From the NCBI GenBank assembly GCA_022813865.1, contig JALDZX010000001.1, positions 496,001-560,000 of the forward strand: a stretch of DNA of 64,000 nucleotides. The letters are read 5' to 3'. Below the pieces are notes generated by a model. It was not told where the DNA came from. It saw only the letters and a list, made by a program, of their open reading frames with translations, and ran no database searches. Source of the DNA: Xylographa opegraphella. Its lineage: Eukaryota. A program made the translations under genes and the position numbers. Positions within the stretch are counted from its first letter, which is position 1. Every line of letters starts with the position of its first letter. Shown one piece after another: positions 63,238-64,000 of this stretch.

Positions 63238-63732
63238 CACCGTATAGGCATGGCAGCTCCTGGCCCGGCATCAACACACGAAAGGCAATGCTTGGGATGA
63301 AGTGTGAGGTGGGCTCTTCTAATGAGATGGCTTCAGAGTTCATTCCAGGTGTAGTTGAGGCAGCAGGAAGTTTCCGCAGTCTGTATCCACATTCCCCTAA
63401 AGGTCTGAAAGGTCCGAAGAAGGCTTGGTACAGACGAATATGTAGTTGTTTGGTTTGAGTCTGAAAGAGACAAGACTTCTAGGGAAACCGAGATACACGG
63501 TAGATCAATGACACAACTCTCCCGTGCTTTGGTATCGGATAACAAGCGCAACGAGTTCACTGTGTTGATGAGATGCAGCTGGGATCTATAAAGCCGGAAA
63601 GAGGAATAATGAAGCCATGATACATGTTGAACAAAGTCTCAAAGGCCTTGATACTTGAAAGAGAAAAGGTTCCCCCAACCTGCCAATCCTGAATCATTTA
63701 TGCAATCATCACTTTTCAGTCTTGAAATATTC

Positions 63733-64000
63733 ATGTGCTATCACCGCTTCTATATCTATACTACCTGCGGCCACACATCATGGGGCCCCCTGCAGCATCC
63801 TTGTGCTTTCCTCTCTCCCAGCTCCCATATCTTCCAACCCCAATCCCCAAATCACCTGTCCCAAACGTACAAACCATCCTTTCCACACTATCCGTCTGCA
63901 TAGCCTCTGTCTCCTCTGCATCTGCGAAGAAAAGCACATGCTCCAAGCACGCGAAGAGCGTCGAGAAGCACTAGACCTGAACCCGAGGCGCGACACTAGC
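63733..64000 (+). CDS. Small Cys/His-rich hypothetical protein (MCY..CGH..C..HPxHT..LCxxC), frameshifted, running off window
   Basis: 'MCYHRFYIYTTCGH...PC' in one frame and 'TCPKRTNHPFHTIRLHSLCLLC' in the +1 frame. Confidence 0.45.

Overview
64 kb of gene-dense nuclear DNA from a filamentous ascomycete (Pezizomycotina). It has short GT-AG introns with CTAAC/CTGAC-like branch points, and I see no bacterial features, CRISPR arrays or intact transposons. About 26 protein-coding genes are supportable. Most are housekeeping: Sas3-like MYST HAT 3' end, Pho23-like ING, Uds1-domain protein, Dsc2, F-box/LRR, RER2, KGD1, TFB1, LSM2, PSO2, MeaB-like bZIP, MRPL37, COX17, TAF7, TAF3-like and an RBR E3 ligase. 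LSM2 and COX17 are absent from the ORF track and were rebuilt from exons. The most notable structure is a partly decayed inositol/sugar-acid catabolic cluster at ~35.3-40.3 kb. An intact divergent pair (Zn-dependent polyol dehydrogenase plus KduD/IdnO-like SDR) is flanked by two pseudogenes: a Gfo/Idh/MocA inositol-dehydrogenase-like gene and an ITR-type inositol transporter. A degenerate tRNA-like element lies just upstream of the transporter remnant. Next to the cluster are an aldo-keto reductase with an apparent signal peptide and an SREBP-type bHLH gene. All family calls come from motif recognition; no database search was run.
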